Source of the DNA: Vairimorpha necatrix | Lineage: Eukaryota | Length of the DNA stretch: 64,000 bases | Direction: 5' to 3' | Assembly: GCA_036630325.1 (NCBI GenBank) | Contig: CP142732.1 | Location: forward strand, 744,001-808,000 | Shown here: positions 24,560 to 37,143 of the stretch, in pieces | Layout of the letters: every line of letters starts with the position of its first letter | Numbering within the stretch: the first letter of the stretch is position 1 | The notes under the pieces: model-generated | Told to the model about the DNA's origin: nothing | Databases searched by the model: none | Seen by the model: the letters and a program-made list of their open reading frames with translations, nothing else | Program-made: the position numbers and the translations under genes

Positions 24560-25142
24560 ATTAGTGTACCAGGTAAAATTGTACATGATAAATAGTCAGT
24601 TATTTTTATAAAATGTAAAATAAGATATCCAACAGGTTTTGACGATTAAATTACTGGCATTTTAAATATAAGGCATTGTACAAACTAATATTGCTATAAC
24701 TTTTACATTTTAAGTGTGGAGAATGGGTTGTCTAGTGTTCAAGTGCAGTTTTAAATTCAAAATAGGCATAGATACAATTTTACATAGTGATGGTCATTCG
24801 AGTTATCCAGCTGTGACATGAAACCTCTGTTGCGAACAACGTTTGCCAACCATCCTTTCGCTTTAAACTTTTAAATGTAACTCATACTATCAACATTGAA
24901 AACGTTTCGCAGAGAAAATCCGAAATGGCCAAAATACATGTAATTAAGCGTAAAGAAATAGATACTTGCATATTAATTTATGTTAGGAAAGGTTTTTGTA
25001 AATGTAACGATTAAAAAAAGTTAAAGTTTGAAATGTTAATTTACTAAAAATTTATTTAATATAATTATATTTCTAGTATTTTTCCAATTTTTCACATGTT
25101 TTTCAATATATTTTTCATTCCGAGGAAGGTGTCTTAGGGACC
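24560..25142 (+). pseudogene. decayed Merlin/ISXO2 transposase remnant
   Basis: PGKIV, GEWVV, ILHSDGHSSYPAV, NH, THTINIEN remnants; ends ...TTAGGGACC. Confidence 0.55.
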
Positions 25143-26289
25143 AATCGAATTCCACTAAGACCAAATGGAAACCATAAACTTCGTACTTTTTATGATTCAG
25201 TTTGAAAAACTAATATGATAAAAATGTGCAGGATAACTATTTGTTGATTCAATGAAATATACGGATTTATCATCAGAAGATTATCATCTAGCGTATAAAT
25301 ACATTTTAAGACAGAAATTAAGTATCAAGATATGGTGACTATTATACATAATAGTATCTTCTGTGTAAAGCCTATTTAGAGCCCATGGCTAGTTCATTCT
25401 GAAAGGGAATCCATATGTAAACTTAAAAAATGACGCATTGCAGCATTGAAAGTTTTGAACTCTATTCGTCATGGTATTGTATGCGGTTGTCAACTTGTTT
25501 AAGGCCAGTAATCAAAGGATTTCAATAAAATGCAGAAATGATGTGTCGGAAAAAGAAGCCGTGATTGAGAAGTAGATGATCAAAAGGACTTTATTTCTCC
25601 CATACAGATATTTTTTGGGTTACTTAACCTTGTCTATCATGTATATACGCTTTAAGGTCACTCTTTTCGATTTGAGGTACAAATAGAAATCTGTTACTTT
25701 GGCGCTGTAGGCCAATATATACAGCGGACCTTGCTGCTCCGGCAATTAAAATGAAGAAGTTTCAGAAATTTGATCTCGCAGTACCAGTTGGATAAGGACA
25801 TGCTTAAATTACTCTGATCCCTATGTATGGGTTGTCCCTGCTGCATACTTACGTAAATAAAAACTATCAAAGATGATTTTCTGGTAAAAAAAATTTATAT
25901 GAGGCAGGTAATAACAACTGGGCTCATAAAGACTCGAAAATGATTTGCGAAAGTAAAAAAAAAGAAAAAACTAGATAACTAATTTTAGGCCTATCAATTT
26001 TTTACAATATTCTTTTTTTTTAATTACCTGTGACGTAAAATTGTTAGGAAATAGTTCTGGGTATGTCAAGTGATTTATTTTTGTTTATCCAACAAAAAAA
26101 ATATAACTGTTTATAAATATGGCGAATGTTAGATAAAAATTTTAACATAACAATATATACATTAAGAACATGTCATGCTTGACGAGATGGCGTCATAATT
26201 GTTTTAAGGAGTTATACTATGTAAAGATTGTGTAAATAACGAAATTAATTACAAATTAGTAGAATCAAATCTGTATCTTCTATTATAAC

Positions 26290-26722
26290 CGAAAATTTTA
26301 ATTGGATGTACAAAAATTATATATATATATAGGAAAGAAGTGATCGTTGTAGAAGTTGGAATTACAAGTTTTAACAACATCCATGCAGTAGAAACAGAAA
26401 AGAAACATAATACGACTTGCTCGCAAATCATGTGGCTTTATTCTACAAATACAAGCCGAAAATTATTCCTTATGCGATGACGTGGGATGGAATAGTAACT
26501 AATTTTCACCGTACGCATATCAAAGTGCTCAGATTAGAACCCAGAACGGAAGCATATATACAGTCAAGAGTTTTTAAAATCGACTTAGAAAGCCTAACTA
26601 TGTCAGCCAGACATGGGCTTGATACAGATCAGGAAGGGGTCTTTGAGAGCCCAATGAGTGAATCTCATAAGGAAGTCCTGGAACTGCCAGATGAGACTAT
26701 AAGCGTATCTTGTGAAAAGTAA
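26290..26722 (+). pseudogene. 3' fragment of an RLE-type (R4/NeSL-like) non-LTR retrotransposon
   Basis: VIVVEVGITS..VETEKK, then LANHV..IIPYAMTWDGIVT..EAYIQSRV, the restriction-like endonuclease tail typical of microsporidian non-LTR elements; (TA)n just downstream. Confidence 0.7.
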
Positions 26723-27244
26723 TTAATAAGCCGAATATTATACCCAAATAAATTATATAATATATATATATATATAACGTAAAGAGTATTTAAAAAAAAA
26801 CATTTTAATAGACTTTATATCATTTAGACAAATTCATAGCTAAGTATAATACTAAAATAGAAGTTAAAACGTCTGATAAAACTCTTTAACTATAAAAAAT
26901 AATAAATACAATAAACTTGAAAAATGAAACAAAAAATTAAAAACTCAAGGCTGTAGTATGATTTTCGTCTAGATATTACACAAAATTGTCCCAATCTTTT
27001 TTTATTTATTCACCTGTTAAATCAAAAAGACTACAGATATCATAATCTAAGTTTATTAAACATCTTTAAGTGGTTTTTAAATTCAAATAATATTATATGA
27101 TACAACACTGTAAATCTTGTAGATATGGACAAGTTTATATATAAAAATTTATTAATACAAATATTAAAGACAATTTGAAAGTGTTAACAAGACAAGTAAA
27201 ATCAAAAATTCATTTAGACCCATGACCTAAAGTAATCAAAAGGA

Positions 27245-28077
27245 GGAGGTGGGGTACTTTAGACCCCCCCTTTGAAGCGCTTCAATTTTTTTTTCGAACC
27301 CCAAAATTGAAGTGCAAAAAAAAAAGAGGAGCAAGAAAGGGACAAAATTTCTTATCACTTTAAACATTAAAAATACAAAATAAATATATATTTATGTACA
27401 CAATTATATTTTAATACAAGTTTTTACAATAATATAAACCAATAATCTAATTTTGCCCTTCTGATTTTTTAGAATTGGGGACAAAAACGCTCCCCTCTGA
27501 GAGTGTTCACTTTATAATTTTGAACCCCAAAAACGAAGTGCAAAATAAAGGAGAAGCAATCATTAGTACTCAAATTACTTGCATCTTCAAACAGTAAAAA
27601 TACCAAATAAATATATATTTGTATACGAAATTTAATTTAAAAAAAGATTATAACCATAAAACTATATAATTCTTTATAACTTAACATATTTAAATTAAAT
27701 TTTTTGATTTAACAATATGTGTAGATCGTTGAACATTTATTTAAATTTTCTTTTATAAATAATATTTATAATTTTAATTGTTGGTTTATTATTAAAGTAG
27801 ATTTTCTTCAAAAATCTACTTTAATAATAAACCAACAATTAAAAAAAATTGAAAAAATAAGAAGGGCGAAAAAGACACAATACTTCAAATGATTATTATA
27901 ACTAAATCTAAAATTAATTTTTGTATAAAAACATATATTTATTTGTTATTTTTAATGTTTAAAGTGATAAGAAATTTTTGTCCCTTTCTTGCTCCTCTTT
28001 TTTTTTGCACTTCAATTTTGGGGTTCGAAAAAAAAATTGAAGCGCTTCAAAGGGGGGGTCTAAAGTATCCTTCACCC
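27245..28077. mobile_element. Merlin-derived MITE, 833 bp
   Basis: About 140-bp TIRs with GG..CC termini; 9-bp TSD TCAAAAGGA (27236-27244, 28078-28086); TIR core shared with the Merlin at 32146-35490; no transposase. Confidence 0.9.
27772..27844. repeat. perfect 34-bp inverted repeat with a 5-nt loop
   Basis: TTTTAATTGTTGGTTTATTATTAAAGTAGATTTT-CTTCA-AAAATCTACTTTAATAATAAACCAACAATTAAAA. Confidence 0.95.
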
Positions 28078-28396
28078 TCAAAAGGATTATTATTTTTGAG
28101 TTCTATATTTTGTTGTTATTTATGTGTTATAACTACAATATAAAATCAATACTTTTACTAGCGAAGTATAGTGTAAAATAAAATGTCATTATTCTCAAAT
28201 ATAAATTTAAAAAAGCGTTTAAAAATATGAATTCTGATAAAATAAATTAAGTTCTATCAATCAAAACATAAAACGGATGAGTTAAATGATTGAATTTTTA
28301 TATTTATTAGTAAATTGATAATCAACTTTATTTAACTAATAAACAAATTAAATTAAGTTATATTGAATCTTTATGTAAAAAAAAAATATTGCCCCT

Positions 28397-28882
28397 ATGA
28401 TTTTTTTACCTCTTATTTTAGATTCTATTTCTACAACAGAATCCGAAAAAGACAACAAAAATGTAAATAAAATTACTCTTGATAGTCATTCTAATATAGT
28501 TACTATCAATCCATTGGAAGTTCATTTTACAGAGCATTTTCAAGAAAAAAAAGCAAAACAATTGAGGTTTAAAGTTGAAAAGGTCTCCGAAGAAATATTA
28601 AATAATTCTTCTCAGGAAAAATTAATGTCTCCTGTTTTTAATATTACAAATAATTCTGTTGACTCAAAGATTAATTTTTCACACACCGATGAAAATATTA
28701 TGGAAGAGATTGATATGTATGAAGCAGTATACAGACCAACAACAATATTAAAAACTAAAAACAAAAAAAAATGCATTGAAATACTAAGTTTTTTCAGAAA
28801 AAATAGGAGAATTGTTATTTTTTTGAGTCTTTTGTTGGTTATAATTTTAGGTATTGTTATAATATCAATAAAATTTCTTTAA
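28397..28882 (+). CDS. orphan signal-peptide plus C-terminal TM protein, family member 3
   Basis: CCCCT-ATG; MIFLPLILDSISTT; HSNIVTINP..HFQEKKA; YRPTTI; RKNRR followed by TM; clear paralogue of member 2. Confidence 0.85.
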   Translation: MIFLPLILDSISTTESEKDNKNVNKITLDSHSNIVTINPLEVHFTEHFQEKKAKQLRFKVEKVSEEILNNSSQEKLMSPVFNITNNSVDSKINFSHTDENIMEEIDMYEAVYRPTTILKTKNKKKCIEILSFFRKNRRIVIFLSLLLVIILGIVIISIKFL

Positions 28883-29501
28883 TTTTGATTATGTGTAAAA
28901 AACAAATACTTATTATTTTAGTTTTAACAATCCACGATTAAGACTTAAAAAAAATAAAACTGACTATGACATATATGCTAAGATTCTTTTATTGTACAGG
29001 ACTAAAATGCTCTTAATCTTATTTAATATCTACAAAGTCGTAAAATAACAATAAAAAATGTCATATGTTATTTATATTTTATTTTTCTCAAATATTCTTA
29101 ATAATACTCTATCTATCTTAAGACAAAAATAAATATATTAATAATCCAAAAACATTAAAATTACAATTATTATGGGCTTGTCATTTTCATATCCCAATGC
29201 AATAATTTTTTTTTAATTATTTAGTAAGCTTGGTTTTAAGGATTTTATTTCTATTGTTGTATCTGCATGCATATATCATTTTTTTTCTACTTTTTGTTAT
29301 AAGAAAATTAAAAGTGTTACAAGTCGAAGTTAGGTGGTTAGATCGAGAATTTTTATTTAAATTTTGGACTAAGATATTTTCTACACAAATTAATTACGTT
29401 TTTGCTATAAGAGTCAATGTTTAAAGATTATGTTTCAGATTAGGCTTTTAAGAAAAGCTTTAGTTCCGTAGCTTATGTTTCTTTACAATAATCAATATTT
29501 A

Positions 29502-32130
29502 TGTCATTTTGGGTTTGGTTCCTTTATGAATAAAATTACTATCATGACGAAAAAAAGATAATGTGGTTTAAGTAAGACACGCGATCAAGAGACCAGAAAT
29601 CTATATAAAGAGATCAAAAGAATAGAGAGCAATGACGAGAGCGAAGAAATAAGCTGAAGAGTAATCTCTAAAGCGGACATTACGACAAGCAAATGTCGAA
29701 CTGTAGGATCTTATTATTGAAAAAATATTAGTAAACTTAAAAAACGGAATGAAATTATCTAGGAAATCGAAAAGTAAGCTCAAGAAGAAGAAGAGAAAAA
29801 AAAATATTATAAAAATATTAGAAGAGTCAGTTGAAGGATTCAAAGAAAACTTAAGCAATGTTATTAGAGGTGAACTGGTAAGAAGAGTAGCAATACCAGG
29901 AAAAAAATTTTTTATTATAAAAGAAAAAAGAAAGCTAGTACGTATATCTAAAAATAAAACATATAACTACATGCTGTTTGAATCATAAAAAAGGTAAGGA
30001 AAAGGAGAATAAAATTTTAAGGACTACGGTATATGAGATAATAATGTGGCAACCAAAAAGAAATTTCGGGAAGCATGTATATAAATTTAGAATAATAACA
30101 GTAGATGGATGTAAAAATATAAAGCGCACAAACGAAGTACATAAGTAGCAGTTTCAATGACAGCAATAGTAATAAAGAGTGTAATTATTTAGAAGGGTAT
30201 GATGAGTATGAGGCTACGGAGTGTAGAAAGATTGGTTATAATTTTAAAAGAGAAAAAATGCGTCGCGTTGAAGGAAGCTATTGATTAGTTTGCAAATGTT
30301 TTAAAACCATCGGTAGAAATAACAACGCTTGGTACAAAAGTAAAATAGTTTATAGGGACAACTAAAGGTACAAAAGTTGTGAGAAGATGTCAAAAAAATT
30401 TACAGTGTACTAAAAATGAAGCCACGAGATAGTTGTAATTATTATAAAATGAAGGTTTGATAAGGAGAAATGGTTCTAATTAGAAAAGTTCTATAAGAGC
30501 GATGTAGGTGCAAAATGCCGGCGGATGCGAATTGTGAGTAATCTTTGGGATTAAATGATTGAAGAACCGCCCCCCCCATGTGTTACCTACTGCAAGAGTC
30601 ATTATCTAAGCGTCTCAAAATCGAAAATATTTAGTGTGATTAAATTAAAGATGTATCGCGCCACATATAAATAGAAAAGAAGCAAAAATTTAAAACAGCA
30701 TTTAAATTTGATGGAATGTGTACGAGTGGAACAGCATGGTTATGGGATTTAAGAATGCTTCGAAAATAATGCTTAAGACAATAAATGAGATTTCGAAAAA
30801 TATTAGAGGAAAAGAAGCGGAACTATACCTAGATAATATTGTGATAGCTAAAGATGATGGGCAGCAAGACAAATCATTTTTAAGTGTACTGAAAAAGTTT
30901 TCAAAGTCATGTCTTAGGGTCAATTGTCAAAAAGTACAATATGGATAAGTAGGGTTAATTTATTGGGCATGTCCATGAATGGAAGCCATGAAATCCTCAG
31001 AGATAACGAAGAATAGGCGCTATAATATATTCGAAGGAGTGTGAGAAGGAATTGTAAATATTTTTTTGCCTAAACAGGTTGGTTTAGAGAATTTATTAAA
31101 TATTGCTACGATAACGTTAATTTTGTATTGGCACAAAAAACGAAAGTAAATGGAAGTGGACTGACGTAATGGAAAAATGAATTTTTTTAGTAAAACAATA
31201 GTAAGCAATTTACAGCTTTTTATGATTCCAGAATACAGTAAAGTATTAAAATTAAGTAAAGATGCATATAAACGGCCTGGGATCAGTCATTTACAGAAAA
31301 AAAAAAATGGGATGTATTTTTTACAATAGGCCTCGAAAAAATTAACGCCAACGGAGAAAAGATATGCAATAACAGAAAAATGATGTTAGAGGTCTTATGA
31401 GAAATAGTAAAGTTTTCAAATGAATTGAGAGGAAGGACTATAATGCCTGATGGAAATCAGGAAACCCCCTTTTTTAATAATAACAGAGTAACACGGTGGA
31501 TTAAAAGTATACAGGAGTATGAGTTTAGTCTGCAATGAGTAAAAGGAAAATTTATGGCATATTTGGATGCTTTTTTTAACAGAATAAAGATGATGCAGAG
31601 AAAAATGTACCTTAGATAAGAAAAAGTTACAACACAAATTTAAGTGGAGATTGATAAACACACAATGATCAGAAATAATAAGGAGTATTTGGAATTTCAT
31701 TATGAAGTACAATCGGAAGACCCCAGGTTATAGAGAGAAAAATAAAAGCCCCACCGAGGAGGTAAACATTAAAGCAGTAAAAGGAACTTATTATAAGCTA
31801 AAAAACAATATTATCTGACGGGAATGAAAGAATAGGTTTCATGTAAAATTAGAGCGCGCGATATTCATCGAATAGGCAATAGAAAGAACAAAGGCGATGT
31901 TAAATTTGTTACACCGAGTTATTAAGGCGAGAAATGCTCATTTTTTCCTTGAAGATTGCGATGTCAAAAATTGGGTTTGATAGAATTAACTACTTTAATC
32001 GGCATTAAACGCCTGTTATATAAAATATAAAATTACAAAGATGATTATTGGTGTTTAAATGATTAGTTTTAAAAAGGGGACTTCCCTGAAATAATTATAA
32101 CCGACAATGCAAAGAGTTTGTAGTAGATAC
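29502..32130 (+). pseudogene. decayed Ty3/gypsy element C (same lineage as A and B), truncated in the integrase
   Basis: DQETRNLYKEIKRI matches Gag B GQEARIMLQEIKRI; YEWNSMVMGFKN, LYLDNIVI, ASKKLTPTEKRYAITEK, FPEIIITDN; candidate 43-bp 5' LTR 29502-29544. Confidence 0.85.
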
Positions 32131-32238
32131 TTAGGATATAGTGTTGGGGTGGGCTACAGCAGACCCCCGCCCCTTAAGGATGTTCACTTTAATTTCGAAC
32201 CTCAAAATTGAAGTGCAAAAAAAGGAGGAGGAGCTTGC

Positions 32239-34330
32239 TGTGATGTACATTGCTACATCACATGAACAGATGTCAAATATGTCATCTGTCACTGATGTCC
32301 AAAGACATGTCAAGCATTTCAGTTACATGTCAAGATGAGTCACACAAACAAACAAACAAACGAAAGTTGCATGGTCGTTACTACATTCGTAAGTACGCCA
32401 ATGTTTGTAGTTTAGTGTTGACAAGAATCTTTAAATTAAAAATAAACTATAAAAGAAAGTCTGTCTGTGAAGGGCATGGAATATATAGAATCCAAGAGAG
32501 AGACTAAAACCATCAATGAACATATTTACATTAAAAACTATTTAGAGAGATATTATAAAAATGGCCATGTACCCCGGATACATGACATAATTGAATTCAA
32601 TTCCCACAAAGTATCAAAAGGGGACAACAACGCAGTAATTAAAGAAGCGTTAGAATTTAAGTATACGATCGAAGAGATCGATTTAGAAGTTAAAAAGAAC
32701 TTAAGCATAATAAAAAACATAAAAGAATTTAATGAAATGGAGCTAGATACATGGTTTGAGGATTTCAACCAAATCAGCAGAAATAAAAAATGGGATTTTA
32801 AAAAAGAAAAAATCGCCTTAGGAGAATTAGTGCGAGATCCCACATTGCAACAAATATTTGGATTACCAGATTTAAAAAAAATAAGAAGATATATTGAAAA
32901 AAATGTAAGTCAAAGATCAAGTCCTGAGATGCTACATTTAAAGCTACAGGCATGTAAACAAATTAATTTCAGATACATTAAAGAATATTTGTTTGAAATA
33001 AAGAATCTAGTAGATCAGTATGCTAGACTAGAAAACTTAACGAGAAAAGAATACGAAAGAAAGTTAAGAGAGAGTTTTTTCTTGGGATTAGGTTTTTCCA
33101 CTCGTCTTAAGATATTAGAGCTTGGAAAAAATAACGTCGAAGAAACTATGACGTATTTAGAAACAGTGGAAGAGTGTTTGATTTTTGAAGGAAAAAGGCG
33201 TGAAAAAACATATGAATCAGTTCATAATGATAGATTCAAGTTTGAGACCGAAAAGGACGGTTACAAGAACAATAAATGGTGCCGCCTCCATAAAAACAGT
33301 ACGCACAATACAGAGGATTGCTTTAGACTAAACAATACCTCAGAGCAGCTTAAGAAAAATTTAGAAAACATAAAAATGCCGAATATTGTTCCAGAAAAAT
33401 TATTTACAATTAGAGAAATAAAGAAAAATAACATACCAGAAGAGGTAGTATTTAATAGAGAAAATAAAGTCGAGAACATTAAAATAAAAAATCAAGAAGT
33501 AACTAATAAAGAAAATTCAAAAGAAGTGAAAACAAAACATGAAACATCGAAAAATGATGAAATAATAGCGAAAACGCTTAGTCATGAGAAACTACAGAAT
33601 GTAGTTGGAACAAATATATTAAAAGAGAAGGATTTAATTGTCAAAAGAAATACAGATATTGACAAGAAGCTTAACAATCCGATGAAAAATATAGAAAAAG
33701 AAAATAAAAAAGATGATAATAAAAGAAATCGAGGTAATAAATTAATAAAAATAAAATACCGTGATAAATATAAACAAAAGAAGACATATAAAATAAGAAA
33801 GAAAAAAAATGAAATATTAGAAAGTATAAACACGAAGAATAAGCAAAAAATGTTAAGTAGTGTTATAGATAAAGCAATAGTAGACCCGCCGAATATAATA
33901 TCTAAACATGAAGGGTGGTCAGCAACATGCAACAATGAATGGAGAACTTTAAAAAATTTAAAGCTTTAGGAGAGGGCAGAATGTGATGTACATTGCTACA
34001 TCACATGAACAGATGTCAAATATATCATCTGTCACTGATGTCCAAAGACATGTCAAGCATTTCAGTTACATGTCAAGATGAGTCACACAAACAAACAAAC
34101 AAACGAAAGTTGCATGGTCGTTACTACATTCGTAAGTACGCCAATGTTTGTAGTTTAGTGTTGACAAGAATCTTTAAATTAAAAATAAACTATAAAAGAA
34201 AGTCTGTCTGTGAAGGGCATGGAATATATAGAATCCAAGAGAGAGACTAAAACCATCAATAAACATATTTACATTAAAAACTATTTAGAGAGATATTATA
34301 AAAATGGCCATGTACCCCGGATACATGACA
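32239..34330 (+). mobile_element. non-autonomous gag-only LTR element, 2092 bp, 349-bp LTRs
   Basis: LTRs 32239-32587 and 33982-34330 (TG..CA, 2 mismatches); 5-bp TSD CTTGC; PPT AGGAGAGGGCAGAA; single ORF with no RT or integrase core. Confidence 0.93.
32476..33969 (+). CDS. Gag-like protein with a CHHC zinc-knuckle variant
   Basis: Open 497-codon ORF starting at GGGC-ATG inside the 5' LTR; capsid-like helical region (ELDTWFEDF, KLRESFFLGL); KWCRLHKNSTHNTEDC. Confidence 0.8.
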   Translation: MEYIESKRETKTINEHIYIKNYLERYYKNGHVPRIHDIIEFNSHKVSKGDNNAVIKEALEFKYTIEEIDLEVKKNLSIIKNIKEFNEMELDTWFEDFNQISRNKKWDFKKEKIALGELVRDPTLQQIFGLPDLKKIRRYIEKNVSQRSSPEMLHLKLQACKQINFRYIKEYLFEIKNLVDQYARLENLTRKEYERKLRESFFLGLGFSTRLKILELGKNNVEETMTYLETVEECLIFEGKRREKTYESVHNDRFKFETEKDGYKNNKWCRLHKNSTHNTEDCFRLNNTSEQLKKNLENIKMPNIVPEKLFTIREIKKNNIPEEVVFNRENKVENIKIKNQEVTNKENSKEVKTKHETSKNDEIIAKTLSHEKLQNVVGTNILKEKDLIVKRNTDIDKKLNNPMKNIEKENKKDDNKRNRGNKLIKIKYRDKYKQKKTYKIRKKKNEILESINTKNKQKMLSSVIDKAIVDPPNIISKHEGWSATCNNEWRTLKNLKL

Positions 34331-37143
34331 CTTGCACTAGCACTCAATTTACTTATTCCTTTTTATATTAAAATTACAAAATAAAATCTTTACATGGCCT
34401 AACAATAAATTTTAAACCAAGATTAAGAAATAAAAACGTTCTACTTATAATTTTAACCATATAAAAATTAGTAATTAAATACGGATTTTTATATATAACC
34501 CTTTAAAAACGACAGAATTCTACGAGAAAGTTAAGAAATAATAAAGAAAATGATTTTATATACTTTAAAATCAAAGTTTTGTCAAATATGCTACGGGAAC
34601 TTAAAACGACGTTTTTAAATACAAAATCAAATGAGATGTACAACAAAAAGTTTCAGAAAAATAGTAATGATAACAAAAAATAATTTAAATGGCTAAATTG
34701 CCTTAACTGATAATTTGCAGGTCATGTTTCTTTTTGTTAAAAATACAGCAATAAAAACAATTAAAAAATATATAGTCTCATAAAAAAACAATTTATAGAC
34801 TTATCAGAAAATTTGGCAATCACATAATTGGTAATAAAACTATTGGAGGACCAGGTAAAATTGTAGAAATCGACAAACTAAATTCGGAAAGAGAAAAAAC
34901 AACAAAGGCCACAAGAAGGTGGCGTATGGGTACTTAGGATGATGGAAAGGACGACGGAACGAGGCTTAGTCTTACTCAAAAATTAAAATAGAAAGGCCGT
35001 GACTCTCGAAAGATATATAAATATTATGTACATACCGGAAGTATCATACATACTGATTATTGGAGAGGGTGTATAAATTTAAATTAATATGTTATATAAA
35101 CATAATACTGTTAACCATTCCCTTGGTTTTATAAATCCAGGGAATGGTGTTCATACCAACACGATCGAAGGAACATGGGCTGGTGTAAAAAGAGTGATTC
35201 ATGCCAGATGTAAGACTGAAAAAGGTGTAAATCTATTTTAATTTGTTTACATTTAAAAGAAATAATTTTAAGAAAAACCTTCGAAAATATAAAAAAAGTA
35301 CATTTTCTTGTATATTTCTTGAGTTATTTTAAATTTATAGGAATTTCGTTTTATTTTGTATTTTTAATGTTAAAAGTTCTAAGATATTTTTGTTTGTTTC
35401 TTGCTCCTCCTTTTTTTGCACTTCAATTTTAGTGTTCGAAAAAATAATGTGAACATCCCCAAAGAGATAGGGTCTGTGGAATCCTCATCCTCGATGATAT
35501 TAACTCGTAAAATGACACTAAGAATTCAAAAAAAAACTAAAAGCGAGAAATACGAATTTTTTTTTGCGTCTCTGTAAAAAAAATTAACAACGATGTTTGT
35601 TGTTTTTTGATGATTATCAGATTTATCGTGTGTTTCTATCGTCATTATGATAATGTTAATGAGGAATCCAATAATCTTAATTAAAGAGGATTTATCATTT
35701 TTAATTTTTAATAGACATATATTATATAATTAATTTCTATTGTATAAAACTAAAGATATGTTGTTTAGTTCAAACATTTTTATAAACAATGAACAATTAT
35801 GTATGTGGACACATGGATGTGTTGAATGCTATTTATCGCTAGAACTATAATAATAATCAATGACAATGAAATGTTTACGTCTATATTAAATTAAGAACAC
35901 ATAAAATTACACTCGGGAATTGTTAAACGCTGAACATGGAAGTTGATGCAAAAAGACAATATTCCGAAACGCTGCTAAAATAAAAAAAAACATATAATCT
36001 TATGCTTACAATTTAAATATAAAAAAATTAGATATTACGTTCAATATATCACTTAAAGAAATTTATAAAATTTTATCGATATGTTCTAAAAGAAAATTAA
36101 ATTAAATGTTTTTAGCGACGAAATTAATTAGAACCGCGAGCAGAAATTGTTATTATATAATGCATTTGATAGCCTCTACGTAAAAATAACATAAACTGGA
36201 TATTCATTGTAAATTATATTTTTAATTATATTATTAAATCATAAACAAACAGTTAAAGATTATAAATTATGTTTATTGTTTGACAACATTATTAAAAGTT
36301 TTAAAAGGCTTATATATTCAAAATTTGCTCTTAAATACATTTATTTATTTTTTAAGGTTTCATTTAGAATTATATATACATATATATATAGTATAAATTT
36401 TTATCGCAAGTAACAAAGCTTAAATACAAATGAGAATTATAGAGAAAACATCAGAATGCACTTTCTTAGAACACCGGCAGGGACAGGCCGAGAGAAAATC
36501 TGAAACCAAGAACATAGTATAGGTGATTAAAAGGTAATGGGACCAAATAGAGTGCGCGTTAGTGGGGGGTTCTTATAAAAAAACCTAATTATGGTTTCTT
36601 AAATAAATAATTTTTTTGCAAATTCTTATAACATGAAAATTATTTATGACAAGAAAAAAATATAATCAATAAATTTATTATTGTAATTTTAGGTATTTAT
36701 ATCAATAAATGTATATTGTGACGTTATTAGTTTGGCATATTGATTCATAAATAATATTTTTAAGTCTAATACGAAACATTTAAAAGAAAATTTATAGAAT
36801 TCTTAATCCATTCTATCTTACTGAAGAAGATAGCAAAGTATAAACTTTTGATCGAAGACGAGTATACGACCAAAACAATACTGGAGTAAAAATGGATAGA
36901 GCTGTCAGTACATCGGCTTGTAAAGTAGGTGCTGAAAATGGCTTGTTAGTAAAAGAATCTAAAGATCAATTGAATAAAATGAATATATAAAATTAGGTTT
37001 CTGATTGTATAGAGCAAAATTGCTTGCAAACACCTAGAATTTATGTGCTAGCAAAAACTGATTTGAAAATTAACAAATATTTATATCTTCTGTAGTCTTT
37101 GTATTTTTTAATCATTTTCGCAATTTTTATGATAAATTAAGAT

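Larger units (their letters stand above)
32146..35490 (+). mobile_element. decayed Merlin/ISXO2 element carrying a nested LTR element in its left TIR
   Basis: TIR core GGATGTTCAC..TTCGAAC..AAAATTGAAGTGCAAAAAAAGGAGGAG at both ends in inverted orientation; frameshifted transposase at about 34630-35250 (IGGPGKIVEID, IIHTD, VNHS, VHTNTIEGTW). Confidence 0.85.

Noticed and set aside
32250-32507. Duplicated 85-aa ORF (also 33993..34250)
   Set aside because: Translation of the LTR from a non-ATG start, duplicated only because the LTR is.
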